DNA of 64,000 nucleotides from an uncultured Candidatus Saccharibacteria bacterium (GTDB lineage: Bacteria; Patescibacteriota; UBA1384; XYA2-FULL-43-10; 1-14-0-10-43-13). The notes below the pieces were generated by a model, which saw only the letters and a program-made list of their open reading frames with translations, did not search any database and was not told where the DNA came from. Shown here piece by piece: positions 51,321 through 60,384 of the stretch. Each line of letters opens with the position of its first letter. Position 1 is the first letter of the stretch. Position numbers and translations under genes: made by a program. Location of the stretch: NCBI GenBank assembly GCA_964419835.1, contig CAYQPT010000003.1, forward strand, positions 799-64,798, read 5' to 3'.

Positions 51321-51877
51321 TGGAAAAATTGATTGAAAAATACAATAAGGTTATCATTCCTGAGCTTAGAAAAGAATTGTCCAAGAAGAATATCATGGAA
51401 GTTCCAAAGCTTTTAAAGGTTGTCGTTTCTACCGGTGTAGGAGATTTTAAAGAAGACGACAAAGCAATCGCAAAGATTGGCGCCGAGCTTTCAAAGCTAA
51501 CGGGAATGAAACCAAAGATAAACCGTTCCAGAAAAGCGGTATCCGCCTTTAAGCTTAGAATCGGTCAGCCGGTTGGGTTGACAGTCACCCTGCGCGGCGA
51601 GAAGATGTATGACTTTCTTGATCGATTGGTCAATGTATCATTTCCACGCGTACGAGACTTCCGCGGATTGCCCATGAAAGCTTTTGACGGACAAGGCAAT
51701 TATTCGATCGGTATTAAAGACTACTCGATTTTCCCTGAAATAAAATACGAAGATATTACAAACGCATTCGGAATTCAGATTAATGTAAGAACAAACTGCA
51801 AAAACACTGAGGATGCAAAGGCATTACTAGTTAAACTAGGTTTTCCATTCGAGAAAAATAAGGAGCAAAATGGCTAA
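51320..51877 (+). CDS. rplE: 50S ribosomal protein L5
   Basis: L5 family sequence ([10 protein letters not shown]...[11 protein letters not shown]). Confidence 0.95.
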   Translation: MEKLIEKYNKVIIPELRKELSKKNIMEVPKLLKVVVSTGVGDFKEDDKAIAKIGAELSKLTGMKPKINRSRKAVSAFKLRIGQPVGLTVTLRGEKMYDFLDRLVNVSFPRVRDFRGLPMKAFDGQGNYSIGIKDYSIFPEIKYEDITNAFGIQINVRTNCKNTEDAKALLVKLGFPFEKNKEQNG

Positions 51878-52055
51878 GAAATCAATGATTGTTAAGGCGA
51901 ATAGAAAGCCAAAATATTCATCCCGTATCATACGTCGATGTAAAGTTTGCGGCCGACCAAGAGCATACATCAGAAAATTTAGCCTTTGCCGTATTTGTTT
52001 CAGAGAATTTGCATCAAAGGGCGAAATTCCAGGTGTATCAAAGTCGAGCTGGTAA
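51870..52055 (+). CDS. rpsZ: 30S ribosomal protein S14 type Z (zinc-binding C+ form)
   Basis: 61 aa with CKVCGRP...CRIC; overlaps the rplE end. Confidence 0.93.
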   Translation: MAKKSMIVKANRKPKYSSRIIRRCKVCGRPRAYIRKFSLCRICFREFASKGEIPGVSKSSW

Positions 52056-52156
52056 TAGAGGATAAGTAAATCAGTAAATAAGTTGTAAGTAAATAAGTTC
52101 TTGTAAATAAACAGTAACCGAGAACTGACAACTGACAACTGACAACTAAGGAAATT
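52056..52156 (+). repeat. intercistronic heptamer-repeat palindrome (GTAAATAAG / CTGACAACT family) after rpsZ
   Basis: AAGTAAATCAGTAAATAAGTTGTAAGTAAATAAG...GAACTGACAACTGACAACTGACAACT. Confidence 0.75.
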
Positions 52157-52537
52157 ATGACAGATCACATCGCAGATTTATTGGTAAGAATCAAAAATGC
52201 TTCACTTGTTAAAAAGTACGAAGTCACTCTTCCATTTTCAAAAATGAAAGAGGCAATTTTGAAAATCCTTGAACGCGAAGAATTCATTAAGAATATTGAA
52301 GTTTCAGGAGAGGCCAATAAAAAAGTGATTAGCTTCCGAATTTCACATACAAAAACCCCAACCCACATCAAACAGATTTCAAAGCCGGGACAGAGAATCT
52401 ATGTCAAAAGCAAAGATATCCCAAATCCGCTTAGAGGTCTAGGACTTGTAATAATCTCAACCCCAAAGGGTGTTATTACTGCAAAAGAGGCCTCAAAAAC
52501 AGGATTGGGCGGGGAATTAATCTGTGAAATCTGGTAG
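52157..52537 (+). CDS. rpsH: 30S ribosomal protein S8
   Basis: MTDHIADLLVRIKNA... Confidence 0.95.
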   Translation: MTDHIADLLVRIKNASLVKKYEVTLPFSKMKEAILKILEREEFIKNIEVSGEANKKVISFRISHTKTPTHIKQISKPGQRIYVKSKDIPNPLRGLGLVIISTPKGVITAKEASKTGLGGELICEIW

Positions 52538-52631
52538 AGAGCAAGTAGTCGGTAAATCAGTAGTCAGTAAATCAGTAATAAATTAATAACTTACAACTTA
52601 TTCACTTACAACTGACAACTAAGGAAAAAAA
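52538..52631 (+). repeat. intercistronic heptamer-repeat palindrome (GTAAATCAG / CTTACAACT family) after rpsH
   Basis: AGTAGTCGGTAAATCAGTAGTCAGTAAATCAG...AACTTACAACTTATTCACTTACAACTGACAACT. Confidence 0.75.
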
Positions 52632-53168
52632 ATGAGCAGAATAGGCAAAAGACCAATAAAAATTAAAGAGGGCGTAACAATTGAAATTACGCCATCAAAA
52701 GTAGTCGCTAAAAAAGATCAAAATTCTTTGGAATTAAAGATTCCCGAAGGAATAGTTGTCAAGCAAGACGGGAACGATCTTTTGGTTACAAGAAAAGACG
52801 AATCGAAGGATTTAAGATCAAAACATGGTCTAATTGCACGACTGCTCAAGAACATTATTACCGGAGTCCACGAAGGTTTCGTTCGAGAGCTTGAGTTCAA
52901 GGGAACTGGTTACAGGGCATCTGTTAATGGCAATGAAATCGTCCTAAACATGGGCTATTCGCACGAAATTACTCTTCCTATTGGAGAAGGCATTACAGTG
53001 CAAGTTAAGAAAAATTCAATCATATTGGCCGGAATGGATAAAGAGCGGCTTGGCGCACTAGCAGCGTCTATCCGAGAAGTTAGACCGCCGGAAGTTTATA
53101 AGGGCAAGGGCATTAAATATAAAGAAGAGTTGATTAGGCGAAAGGCCGGCAAGAAAGCCGCAGCATAA
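52632..53168 (+). CDS. rplF: 50S ribosomal protein L6
   Basis: MSRIGKRPIKI...; two L6 repeats. Confidence 0.95.
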   Translation: MSRIGKRPIKIKEGVTIEITPSKVVAKKDQNSLELKIPEGIVVKQDGNDLLVTRKDESKDLRSKHGLIARLLKNIITGVHEGFVRELEFKGTGYRASVNGNEIVLNMGYSHEITLPIGEGITVQVKKNSIILAGMDKERLGALAASIREVRPPEVYKGKGIKYKEELIRRKAGKKAAA

Positions 53169-53262
53169 AAATACAGATATACGGATAATGACAAGATATA
53201 CGGATGTACGGATGATCTGTAAATCTGTAAATCCGCGAAAGATCTGTAAATCCGTATTAAGG
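53169..53262 (+). repeat. about 95 bp TACGGAT/ATCTGTA inverted heptamer-repeat element (after rplF)
   Basis: ATACAGATATACGGATAATGACAAGATATACGGATGTACGGATGATCTGTAAATCTGTAAATCCGCGAAAGATCTGTAAATCCGTA. Confidence 0.8.
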
Positions 53263-53270
53263 AATACATT

Positions 53271-53585
53271 ATGGCACAAGAGTTTAATAAAAAATTTACT
53301 GGCACCGACGCAAGACCTAGAGTCTCGGTTTTTAGATCAAACGCCGCAATTTGCGCTCAGATTATCAATGATGGTACTGGCAAGACTTTGGTATCTGCCT
53401 CATCCAAAGAAATCAAAGAGAGTGGAAAACCGGTAGAAAAAGCTTCGCTTTGCGGAAAACTCCTTGCTAAGAAAGCCAAAGAAAAAAAGATTGAGGCAAT
53501 CGTTTTTGATAGAAATGGTTACCGATACCATGGCAGGGTAAAAGCTCTAGCAGAAGGTATGCGTGAGGGCGGACTTAAGTTTTAG
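53271..53585 (+). CDS. rplR: 50S ribosomal protein L18
   Basis: L18 family sequence (ARPRVSVFRSNAAICAQIIND...GYRYHGRVKALAEGMREGGLKF). Confidence 0.93.
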   Translation: MAQEFNKKFTGTDARPRVSVFRSNAAICAQIINDGTGKTLVSASSKEIKESGKPVEKASLCGKLLAKKAKEKKIEAIVFDRNGYRYHGRVKALAEGMREGGLKF

Positions 53586-53673
53586 TAAATCAGTAAATCA
53601 GTAAATCAGTAAATCAGCACTATTAAAATAGTAACTGAGAACTGAGAACTGACAACTTACAACTAAGGATAAT
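53586..53673 (+). repeat. intercistronic heptamer-repeat palindrome (AGTAAATC x 4 / CTGAGAACT family) after rplR
   Basis: AGTAAATCAGTAAATCAGTAAATCAGTAAATCAG...AACTGAGAACTGAGAACTGACAACTTACAACT. Confidence 0.75.
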
Positions 53674-54321
53674 ATGACAGCAGCAGAAAAAAACATAATG
53701 AGACAACGCGGTTCTTACGAAAAAAGAGAACCAAAAGAATATGACGAAAAGGTGATTGAAGTCGCCAGAGTTTCGCGTGTGGTTAAAGGTGGTCGAAGAA
53801 TCCGGTTTCGAGCTTTAGTTGTGATTGGTAATCACAACGGAAAAGTCGGGATGGGTATTGCAAAAGCAACCGAGGTTTCAGAAGCAGTCAGGAAAGCCAC
53901 TACTTACGCTAAAAAGCACATTATTATAGTCCCAATCATTAGCGGCACTATTCCTTATGAAATCACCATGAAACATGGTGGAGCACGAGTGCTTTTAAAA
54001 CCCGCAACCGAAGGTACTTCAGTTGTTGCCGGTGGAAGCATAAGGTCTGTAGCTGAACTAGCTGGTATTTCAGATCTTCTGTCAAAATCACTTGGAAGCT
54101 CAAACAAGATTAACTGTGTAACCGCCACCATTAAAGCGCTTTCATCCTTCAATCCCGACATTGTTGAAAAGGTAAGAAAAGCTTCAGAACGATCAAAGCC
54201 AAAGGGCGAGCCGGTTGTGGTCAAAGAGGCGCCTGTCCCCGAAGAAAAAGTGGAAGAGAAAGTTGCTCCGGAGAAACCAAAAAAGTCAGTAAAAGCTAAA
54301 AAGGCAGCTGCCAAGAAATAG
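53674..54321 (+). CDS. rpsE: 30S ribosomal protein S5 with K/E-rich N- and C-terminal extensions; rplO follows directly, with no L30 gene between
   Basis: VIEVARVSRVVKGGRRIRFRALVVIGNHNGKVGMGIAKATEV... The C-terminal tail is rich in K, E, P and A. Confidence 0.95.
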   Translation: MTAAEKNIMRQRGSYEKREPKEYDEKVIEVARVSRVVKGGRRIRFRALVVIGNHNGKVGMGIAKATEVSEAVRKATTYAKKHIIIVPIISGTIPYEITMKHGGARVLLKPATEGTSVVAGGSIRSVAELAGISDLLSKSLGSSNKINCVTATIKALSSFNPDIVEKVRKASERSKPKGEPVVVKEAPVPEEKVEEKVAPEKPKKSVKAKKAAAKK

Positions 54322-54421
54322 ATTAGTTAATCAGTTAAACTGTTAATCGGTTAACTGGTGACAATACTCAAGAATTATCAATAAACCATTTAACTATCTA
54401 ACAATTTAACCATTCAACATT

Positions 54422-54952
54422 ATGAAGCTAATATCAGTACAAACTAAAAATAAGAAAAGACCTGGCCGAGGCATTTCAGCCGGTCAAGGTAAAACTGCAG
54501 GTCGCGGAACAAAAGGACAAAAGTCGCGAAGTGGTTTTAATATTCCAAATCGACATGAAGGTGGACAGACCCCGCTTTCAATGAGACTGCCTAAGTTGCC
54601 AGGTTTTAAATCCCTAAAGAAAAAAGCGGCAATCATTTCACTCGATCAAATCTCAAAAGAATTCAAAGATAAAGAAATTGTTTCTCTGGATGCTTTGGAG
54701 AAAAAAGGCCTGATCAAGACGGGCGAGAAAGCCAAAATCCTTAACAATGGTAAGCTCACAGTTAAAGTTACTCTTGGTGAAGGCGTCAAAGTGTCAGAGA
54801 AGATTGCAAATCTATTCGCTTCGGATCTTCCGGTTGTTAAGGCAGAAACTCTGCCTGAGAAAGCAAAAGGATTAGCACCTGAAGTCAAAAAAGACGAAAC
54901 TCCGGTTAAAGTCAAAAAAGCCCCTGCCAAAAAGCCAACAGCCAAAGCCTAA
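54422..54952 (+). CDS. rplO: 50S ribosomal protein L15
   Basis: RPGRGISAGQGKTAGRGTKGQKSRSG motif. Confidence 0.93.
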   Translation: MKLISVQTKNKKRPGRGISAGQGKTAGRGTKGQKSRSGFNIPNRHEGGQTPLSMRLPKLPGFKSLKKKAAIISLDQISKEFKDKEIVSLDALEKKGLIKTGEKAKILNNGKLTVKVTLGEGVKVSEKIANLFASDLPVVKAETLPEKAKGLAPEVKKDETPVKVKKAPAKKPTAKA

Positions 54953-55169
54953 TGCTCCCCTTAGGGGAAAAACCACAAAATAGATATTCCAGTTATACAT
55001 AAATAAAAATGCTCCAGCGAATGGAGTATTTTTATTTGGCAAATATGACTATATAGCTCAGAAAAAGGACTTTTTAGATAATGCTCAGCTTGATTTAATT
55101 AAAGCAAACCTCTAAGTTGTTAAACCGTACGCTCATGATGGAGCGGTTTTTAATAAGGAAAGGTTTGTT

Positions 55170-55565
55170 ATGAGTGAAGCTATTAAAGAAAAACTAGGGA
55201 TGTTCCGCAATACTTTCTTTCGGGAAAAGTACCGTTTTGATCAGGGAAACGCTTTTTTGGTTTTTTTAAACTTTACAATGCTCGTAACTTCTCTGGTTAA
55301 ACAAAGTCATGGCAATCAAAGCTTGGTTGCTTGGTATGTGGTTTTGGGGTTTACGGGAACATGGATTTTGGGCTATTTCTTAGACAAAATTGTCCGCGTA
55401 CAGGACGCATCTGAAAGAGTGGCTTTTAAGAGAAGCCCGATTTGGAAAAGAAATTTTGATCATCATAGCCAAATAAATCGTAAGATTGAGAACATTAATA
55501 AGAAAATCGATAATATTCATAAATTGGTTGAGGACATCAAAAAGCTTGAAAAAGAAAATCAATAA
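55170..55565 (+). CDS. hypothetical small membrane protein (2 TM plus a C-terminal coiled coil) inserted between rplO and secY
   Basis: Two hydrophobic helices, then RKIENINKKIDNIHKLVEDIKKLEKENQ. Confidence 0.5.
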   Translation: MSEAIKEKLGMFRNTFFREKYRFDQGNAFLVFLNFTMLVTSLVKQSHGNQSLVAWYVVLGFTGTWILGYFLDKIVRVQDASERVAFKRSPIWKRNFDHHSQINRKIENINKKIDNIHKLVEDIKKLEKENQ

Positions 55566-55581
55566 TACCATTCTATAGTTC

Positions 55582-55935
55582 ATGGATACTTATTGTGATA
55601 TTATGGACTATATGGAAAATGAGCTTTTAAAAATATGTGTAGGAGTGCCTGAAAGCCATGCAGATGCCGTTCGCGAAGCACTTGGAAGTGCAGGTGCAGG
55701 TAAAATTGGCAATTATGACTTCTGTAGCTTTTCCTGCAAAGGCGTTGGCAGATTCCGTCCTCTCTCGGGCGCTAAGCCGGCGATAGGTGAAATCGGCCAA
55801 ATTGAGACCGTTTCTGAGGAGCAGATACAAACTGTTTGCTATAGGTCTGATCTCGATAAAATCATCAAAGCAATAAAACAGGTTCATCCTTACGAAGAGC
55901 CAGTTATTGATGTGTATCCTTTGGCTCAAATTTAA
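55582..55935 (+). CDS. small protein resembling the C-terminal domain of Nif3 / GTP cyclohydrolase 1 type 2 family (COG3323-like)
   Basis: ESHADAVREALGSAGAGKIGNYDFCSFSCKGVGRFRPLSGAKPAIGEIGQIE...HPYEEPVIDVYPL closely follows the Nif3 C-terminal consensus. Confidence 0.55.
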   Translation: MDTYCDIMDYMENELLKICVGVPESHADAVREALGSAGAGKIGNYDFCSFSCKGVGRFRPLSGAKPAIGEIGQIETVSEEQIQTVCYRSDLDKIIKAIKQVHPYEEPVIDVYPLAQI

Positions 55936-56030
55936 TATATGATAAATACTCAACAATACAAACTGTTTTTGTATTTTGCGACACAATAAATGAATTGATT
56001 TTAACCTCCAAATAAGTTAAGATAAGCGTG

Positions 56031-57302
56031 ATGGATAAACTCGAAAAAATATGGCGGTTTCCCGACCTACGCAACAAAATTTTAGTTGCGGTCGGTTTGC
56101 TATTGGTTACCCGTTTATTGTCACATATTCCTCTTCCCGGAGTTGATCTTGCAAGATTGCAGCAGTTTTTTCAGCAGAATCAGGCCTTTGGACTCCTAAA
56201 TATGTTTTCCGGTGGTACGATGAGCAATTTTTCGATCATTTTAATGGGTGTTGGACCATATATTACATCTTCAATTATTTTTCAGTTATTGGGTATGATT
56301 TTCCCTGCTGTAGAGCGCTTACAGAAAGAAGGAGAGGAAGGGAAGCAGAAGATCAATCAATGGACAAGGATGGCAACCATACCATTTGCGATAATCCAAG
56401 CATTTTCAATGCTAGTGATTCTTCGTAATCAAGGCATTATTCCCGGGTGGACACCATTTGATCTTTCGGTCATGTTGATTTCAGTCTGTGCCGGCACAAT
56501 ATTGCTCATGTGGATTGGTGAAATTATTTCTGAAAAGGGGATAGGGAATGGCGTTTCATTAATCATCGGGTTGGGTATTCTCTCTGGATTTCCGGAGCAG
56601 ATTAGAAATACCGCCGCATTGGTCAGCACTGGCGATACAAGCAAGATAATCGGCGTTTTTGCATTTTTAGCAATCTTATTAATTACAATTGCCGGTATTA
56701 TCTTTGTTCAGGAGGGACAACGCAACATTCCTATTTCGTATGCAAAAAACATGCGTTTTGGTGCACATAGCGGGGTTGCAAGTCACCTGCCTATCCGAGT
56801 AAATATAGCCGGCGTAATTCCAATCATTTTTGCCATGAGCTTGCTCGTTATGCCTGGGGTCGTGTCCAAGTACTTGGAAAACGCCCATACGCCATGGATT
56901 GCGCACAGCGCCAAATTTACATCTGATCTGTTTGCCAACCAAGTATTTTATGGGATAGCATACTTTTTACTAGTGGTCATTTTTACATACTTTTACACCT
57001 CCGTTGTATTTAAGCCGGATCAGATTGCAGAGAATCTACAGAAACAGAGCGGGTATGTTCCCGGTATTCGCCCCGGAACGGAAACAAAAGAATATTTAAG
57101 CGGAATTATTACCAGAATCACCCTTTTCGGCGCCACATTCTTGGGCGTTATTGCCGTTCTGCCGTTCATTGTTCAATCAGTCACTCACATCACAACTATT
57201 GTTCTTGGCGGAACGGGAATATTGATTATTGTTTCGGTTGTGGTTGAAACCATGCGTCAGGTTGAATCGCAGATTACAATGCACACATATGACACATATT
57301 AA
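56031..57302 (+). CDS. secY: preprotein translocase subunit SecY
   Basis: Ten TM helices and SecY signature blocks. GTG at 56028 is an alternative start. Confidence 0.95.
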   Translation: MDKLEKIWRFPDLRNKILVAVGLLLVTRLLSHIPLPGVDLARLQQFFQQNQAFGLLNMFSGGTMSNFSIILMGVGPYITSSIIFQLLGMIFPAVERLQKEGEEGKQKINQWTRMATIPFAIIQAFSMLVILRNQGIIPGWTPFDLSVMLISVCAGTILLMWIGEIISEKGIGNGVSLIIGLGILSGFPEQIRNTAALVSTGDTSKIIGVFAFLAILLITIAGIIFVQEGQRNIPISYAKNMRFGAHSGVASHLPIRVNIAGVIPIIFAMSLLVMPGVVSKYLENAHTPWIAHSAKFTSDLFANQVFYGIAYFLLVVIFTYFYTSVVFKPDQIAENLQKQSGYVPGIRPGTETKEYLSGIITRITLFGATFLGVIAVLPFIVQSVTHITTIVLGGTGILIIVSVVVETMRQVESQITMHTYDTY

Positions 57303-57402
57303 TTTTTAAAAATTAATATGTGTAAAATTCAAATCTCAAATTTCAAATCTCAAAATAGGGAATTTTACTATTAAAGCATTTAACAGCTCAGTTAGGAGAA
57401 AA

Positions 57403-58041
57403 ATGAAGAAAATCTACTCATTTATTGGTTTGCCCGCATCAGGCAAAGGAACACAGGCTAAAATTTTCGCCGACAAGCATAATTTGGATCTTATTGGCAT
57501 GGGAGACTTAATTCGTGCTGCCATTACCGAGAGCGAAGGCAAAGATGATCCATTTGTAAATGAAATTAAGAAAAGATATGATGCAGGCGTTCCACAGCCC
57601 GACGAAGTGGCTTTTGACCTGCTTTCAAAAAAGCTCTCAACCTTAACTAAAGACGGCGCCGTTTTTGATAATTTTCCCTTCACAGTCAAACAGGCGGAGC
57701 TTTTGATTGATTTCACTAAGGAAAATGATTGGGAATTGCCGACTTTAATTCACATCAAACTAGATCCCGAAACCACAATTGAACGAATCGCCCACAGGAA
57801 AATCTGTCCGCAGTGCAACCGTATCTACAGCAAAAAAGACATCACAATTTGCGAGGAGTGTGGTATTGCTTTGGTCTCGAGAGCAGACGACAACGAGGAA
57901 ACAGCACGGACAAGAATTGAGCACTATGTTCCAAAAATTAATGAACTAGTTGATTATTATAAGGGTGTAGGCCGTCTGATTGATATTGACGGTGAACCTT
58001 CAGTCGAGCAAGTTACCGAGGAAATTGAAAAGGCACTATGA
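57403..58041 (+). CDS. adk: adenylate kinase (zinc-lid type)
   Basis: GLPASGKGTQ P-loop and CPQC...CEEC lid. Confidence 0.95.
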   Translation: MKKIYSFIGLPASGKGTQAKIFADKHNLDLIGMGDLIRAAITESEGKDDPFVNEIKKRYDAGVPQPDEVAFDLLSKKLSTLTKDGAVFDNFPFTVKQAELLIDFTKENDWELPTLIHIKLDPETTIERIAHRKICPQCNRIYSKKDITICEECGIALVSRADDNEETARTRIEHYVPKINELVDYYKGVGRLIDIDGEPSVEQVTEEIEKAL

Positions 58042-58796
58042 GCAATATTCTTTCCAAGAAAGAAATAAAAGACATAAAAGTTTGCGGCAAGATTTTAAAG
58101 GACTCTTTAAATGAAGTCAAAAATGCCGTCAAACCCGGAGTTTCTACGTTGGAATTAGATAAAATAGCCGAAGACGCCATCGTAAGGCAGGGCGCCGTCC
58201 CGTCATTTAAGGATTATGAGGTTAAGGGATCCGGAAATTTCCCTTTTACCACATGTGTTTCGATAAATGATGAGGTAGTACACGGTCTTCCATCTAAAAG
58301 GATTATTAACAATGGAGATGTCGTGTCGCTTGATCTTGGTGCCATATACAATGGTGTATGTACCGACATGGCGATTACGCTTCCTGTAGGTGATGTAAGT
58401 GAATCCGCTCTAAAGTTGATCTCAGTCACCCGCGAATGCCTGAATCTGGGTATAAACGAGGCCAAAGCAGGCAAATATATTGGTGATATTGGAAATGCTG
58501 TTCAAACTCATGCTGAGAGGAACAAATTTGGTGTTGTAAGGGACTTGGTTGGGCATGGAATAGGAACTGAGCCCCATATGCAACCAAGTATTCCTAATTT
58601 TGGGAAAAAAGGCGCTGGAGCCAAGATTATCGAAGGAATGGCACTTGCAATTGAGCCAATGCTGACGGAAGGAAATTATGAAGTTAAAGTGGGTATGGAC
58701 GGATGGACGGTGCTCACTCGCGACGGCTCCATAGCAGCTCATTTTGAGCACACAATCGTTATTGTAGAGGGAAAACCTATTGTCGTTACTGCGTAA
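58038..58796 (+). CDS. map: methionine aminopeptidase type I
   Basis: Pita-bread fold motifs with metal-binding residues; overlaps adk by 4 nt. Confidence 0.93.
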   Translation: MSNILSKKEIKDIKVCGKILKDSLNEVKNAVKPGVSTLELDKIAEDAIVRQGAVPSFKDYEVKGSGNFPFTTCVSINDEVVHGLPSKRIINNGDVVSLDLGAIYNGVCTDMAITLPVGDVSESALKLISVTRECLNLGINEAKAGKYIGDIGNAVQTHAERNKFGVVRDLVGHGIGTEPHMQPSIPNFGKKGAGAKIIEGMALAIEPMLTEGNYEVKVGMDGWTVLTRDGSIAAHFEHTIVIVEGKPIVVTA

Positions 58797-58972
58797 TGAC
58801 GCAATTTAAAATTTATAATTTTTAATTCAAAATTGTTGTGGACACTGCGTGTTGGCACTAGAGTAATCCAGCCACTGAGTGGCTTCAAAAGCATCTATCT
58901 ACTAACTACTATCTACTAACCACTAAATGTGTTGACTTATACCATAAATTGTGTTAAATTTTATAATGAAAT

Positions 58973-59218
58973 ATGTCAAAAAATGATGCAATCGAAATGA
59001 CCGGTAAGGTGGTCGAAGTTTTACCTGATTCAAAGCTGAGAATAGAACTAGAAACAGGACATTCTGTTTTAGGTTATTTATCGGGTAAAATGATCAAAAA
59101 CCGCATTCAGGTTATGGCAGGAGACAATGTAATTGTCGAGTTAACACCTTATGATTTGTCTAGAGGACGAATTGTGAGGCGGTTAAATCCCGAGAGAAAA
59201 TTCGGTTCTGGCTCATAA
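58973..59218 (+). CDS. infA: translation initiation factor IF-1
   Basis: S1-like OB fold: [30 protein letters not shown]... Confidence 0.93.
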   Translation: MSKNDAIEMTGKVVEVLPDSKLRIELETGHSVLGYLSGKMIKNRIQVMAGDNVIVELTPYDLSRGRIVRRLNPERKFGSGS

Positions 59219-59257
59219 ATAGCATCGCCATGGGGGAGTTTTTAATTTTGGAATATA

Positions 59258-59404
59258 ATGAAGGTTCAGTCATCCGTTAAAAAAATCTGCGATAAATGTA
59301 AGATTATCATTAGAAGCAAAAAGGGCAAATCAAAGCGTGTAAGTTCAAAGAAACGCTTGTTTGTCATCTGCTCTAATCCAAAGCATAAACAGAGACAAGG
59401 ATAA
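59258..59404 (+). CDS. rpmJ: 50S ribosomal protein L36 with an 11 aa insertion in the zinc-ribbon loop (48 aa; not in the ORF track)
   Basis: [48 protein letters not shown]: C-x2-C...C-x4-H L36 pattern. Lies between infA and rpsM in the conserved position. Confidence 0.8.
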   Translation: MKVQSSVKKICDKCKIIIRSKKGKSKRVSSKKRLFVICSNPKHKQRQG

Positions 59405-59406
59405 AT

Positions 59407-59793
59407 ATGGCCCGAATAGCTGGTGTTAACATTCCAAACGAAAAAAGAATTGAGATAGGTCTAACCTATGTATTTGGTATTGGTCCGTCTACGAGTAAGA
59501 AAATTCTTAGCCAGACCAGCATTAATCCCGATATTCGCGTTAAGGATTTGACAGAATCAGACTTGGAAAAAATCCGGAATATTATAGGAAAAAACATTCG
59601 AGTTGAAGGCGACCTTAAGATGGAGGTTACTCAGAATATTAAGCGCTTAAAAGAGATTAATTCATATAGGGGAACTCGGCATTTGAGAGGGCTGCCAGCA
59701 AGAGGACAAAGAACAAAGACAAATGCCAGAACCAAAAGAGGCAAAAAAGTAACAGTCGGATCAGGAAGAAAAGCTGCAGCACAAAAAACATAA
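59407..59793 (+). CDS. rpsM: 30S ribosomal protein S13
   Basis: [30 protein letters not shown]... Confidence 0.96.
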   Translation: MARIAGVNIPNEKRIEIGLTYVFGIGPSTSKKILSQTSINPDIRVKDLTESDLEKIRNIIGKNIRVEGDLKMEVTQNIKRLKEINSYRGTRHLRGLPARGQRTKTNARTKRGKKVTVGSGRKAAAQKT

Positions 59794-59888
59794 TTAGAAA
59801 AATAGTCGGTTAGTAGGGTAGTTAGTTAGTAAATTAATTATCAAATCTCTAACCATCTAATCCACTAACAAACTAATGAACCATTATC

Positions 59889-60296
59889 ATGGCCAAAGAA
59901 ACACCTAAAAAGTCAACTAAAAAAATAGTCAAAAAGAGATCGAAAACCCCCGTTCTTTCAGGAAGCATTTTCGTTCAATCATCTTTCAACAACACGATTA
60001 TTTCAATTACCGATGAAACCGGAAACGTTATTGCCTGGGCAACAGCGGGTTCCAGTGGCTTTAAAGGTGCTAGAAAATCCACTCCTTACGCTGCTCAGAT
60101 AGCAGCAGCAGCTGCAATTGAAAAGGCAAAAGCAAGAGGATTTTCCAAAGCCAAGGTTTATGTAACCGGTGTCGGATCAGGACGAGAATCCGCCGTTAGA
60201 GCCATCACAAACACTGACATTGAAGTTACATTAATCAAAGATACAACACCGGTAGCGCACAATGGCTGCCGTCCTAAAAAAGCCCGAAGAGTATAA
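59889..60296 (+). CDS. rpsK: 30S ribosomal protein S11
   Basis: S11 family sequence (...TPYAAQIAAAAAIEKAKARGF...VGSGRESAVRAI...). Confidence 0.95.
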   Translation: MAKETPKKSTKKIVKKRSKTPVLSGSIFVQSSFNNTIISITDETGNVIAWATAGSSGFKGARKSTPYAAQIAAAAAIEKAKARGFSKAKVYVTGVGSGRESAVRAITNTDIEVTLIKDTTPVAHNGCRPKKARRV

Positions 60297-60384
60297 ACAG
60301 TAAATAAGGATTAAGTAAATATGTAAATAAGTAATATGCAACCAAACTTACTACTTATTCACTTACAACTTACAACTTAAAATT
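60297..60384 (+). repeat. intercistronic repeat palindrome (GTAAATAAG arm / CTTACAACT arm) after rpsK
   Basis: CAGTAAATAAGGATTAAGTAAATATGTAAATAAGTAAT...AACTTACTACTTATTCACTTACAACTTACAACTT. Confidence 0.7.

Noticed and set aside
42306-53673. Considered whether the tandem heptamer repeats could be CRISPR arrays
   Set aside because: Units are 7-10 nt with no repeat-spacer periodicity of 25-40 nt, no unique spacers, and no cas genes. They form inverted arms inside operon spacers instead.
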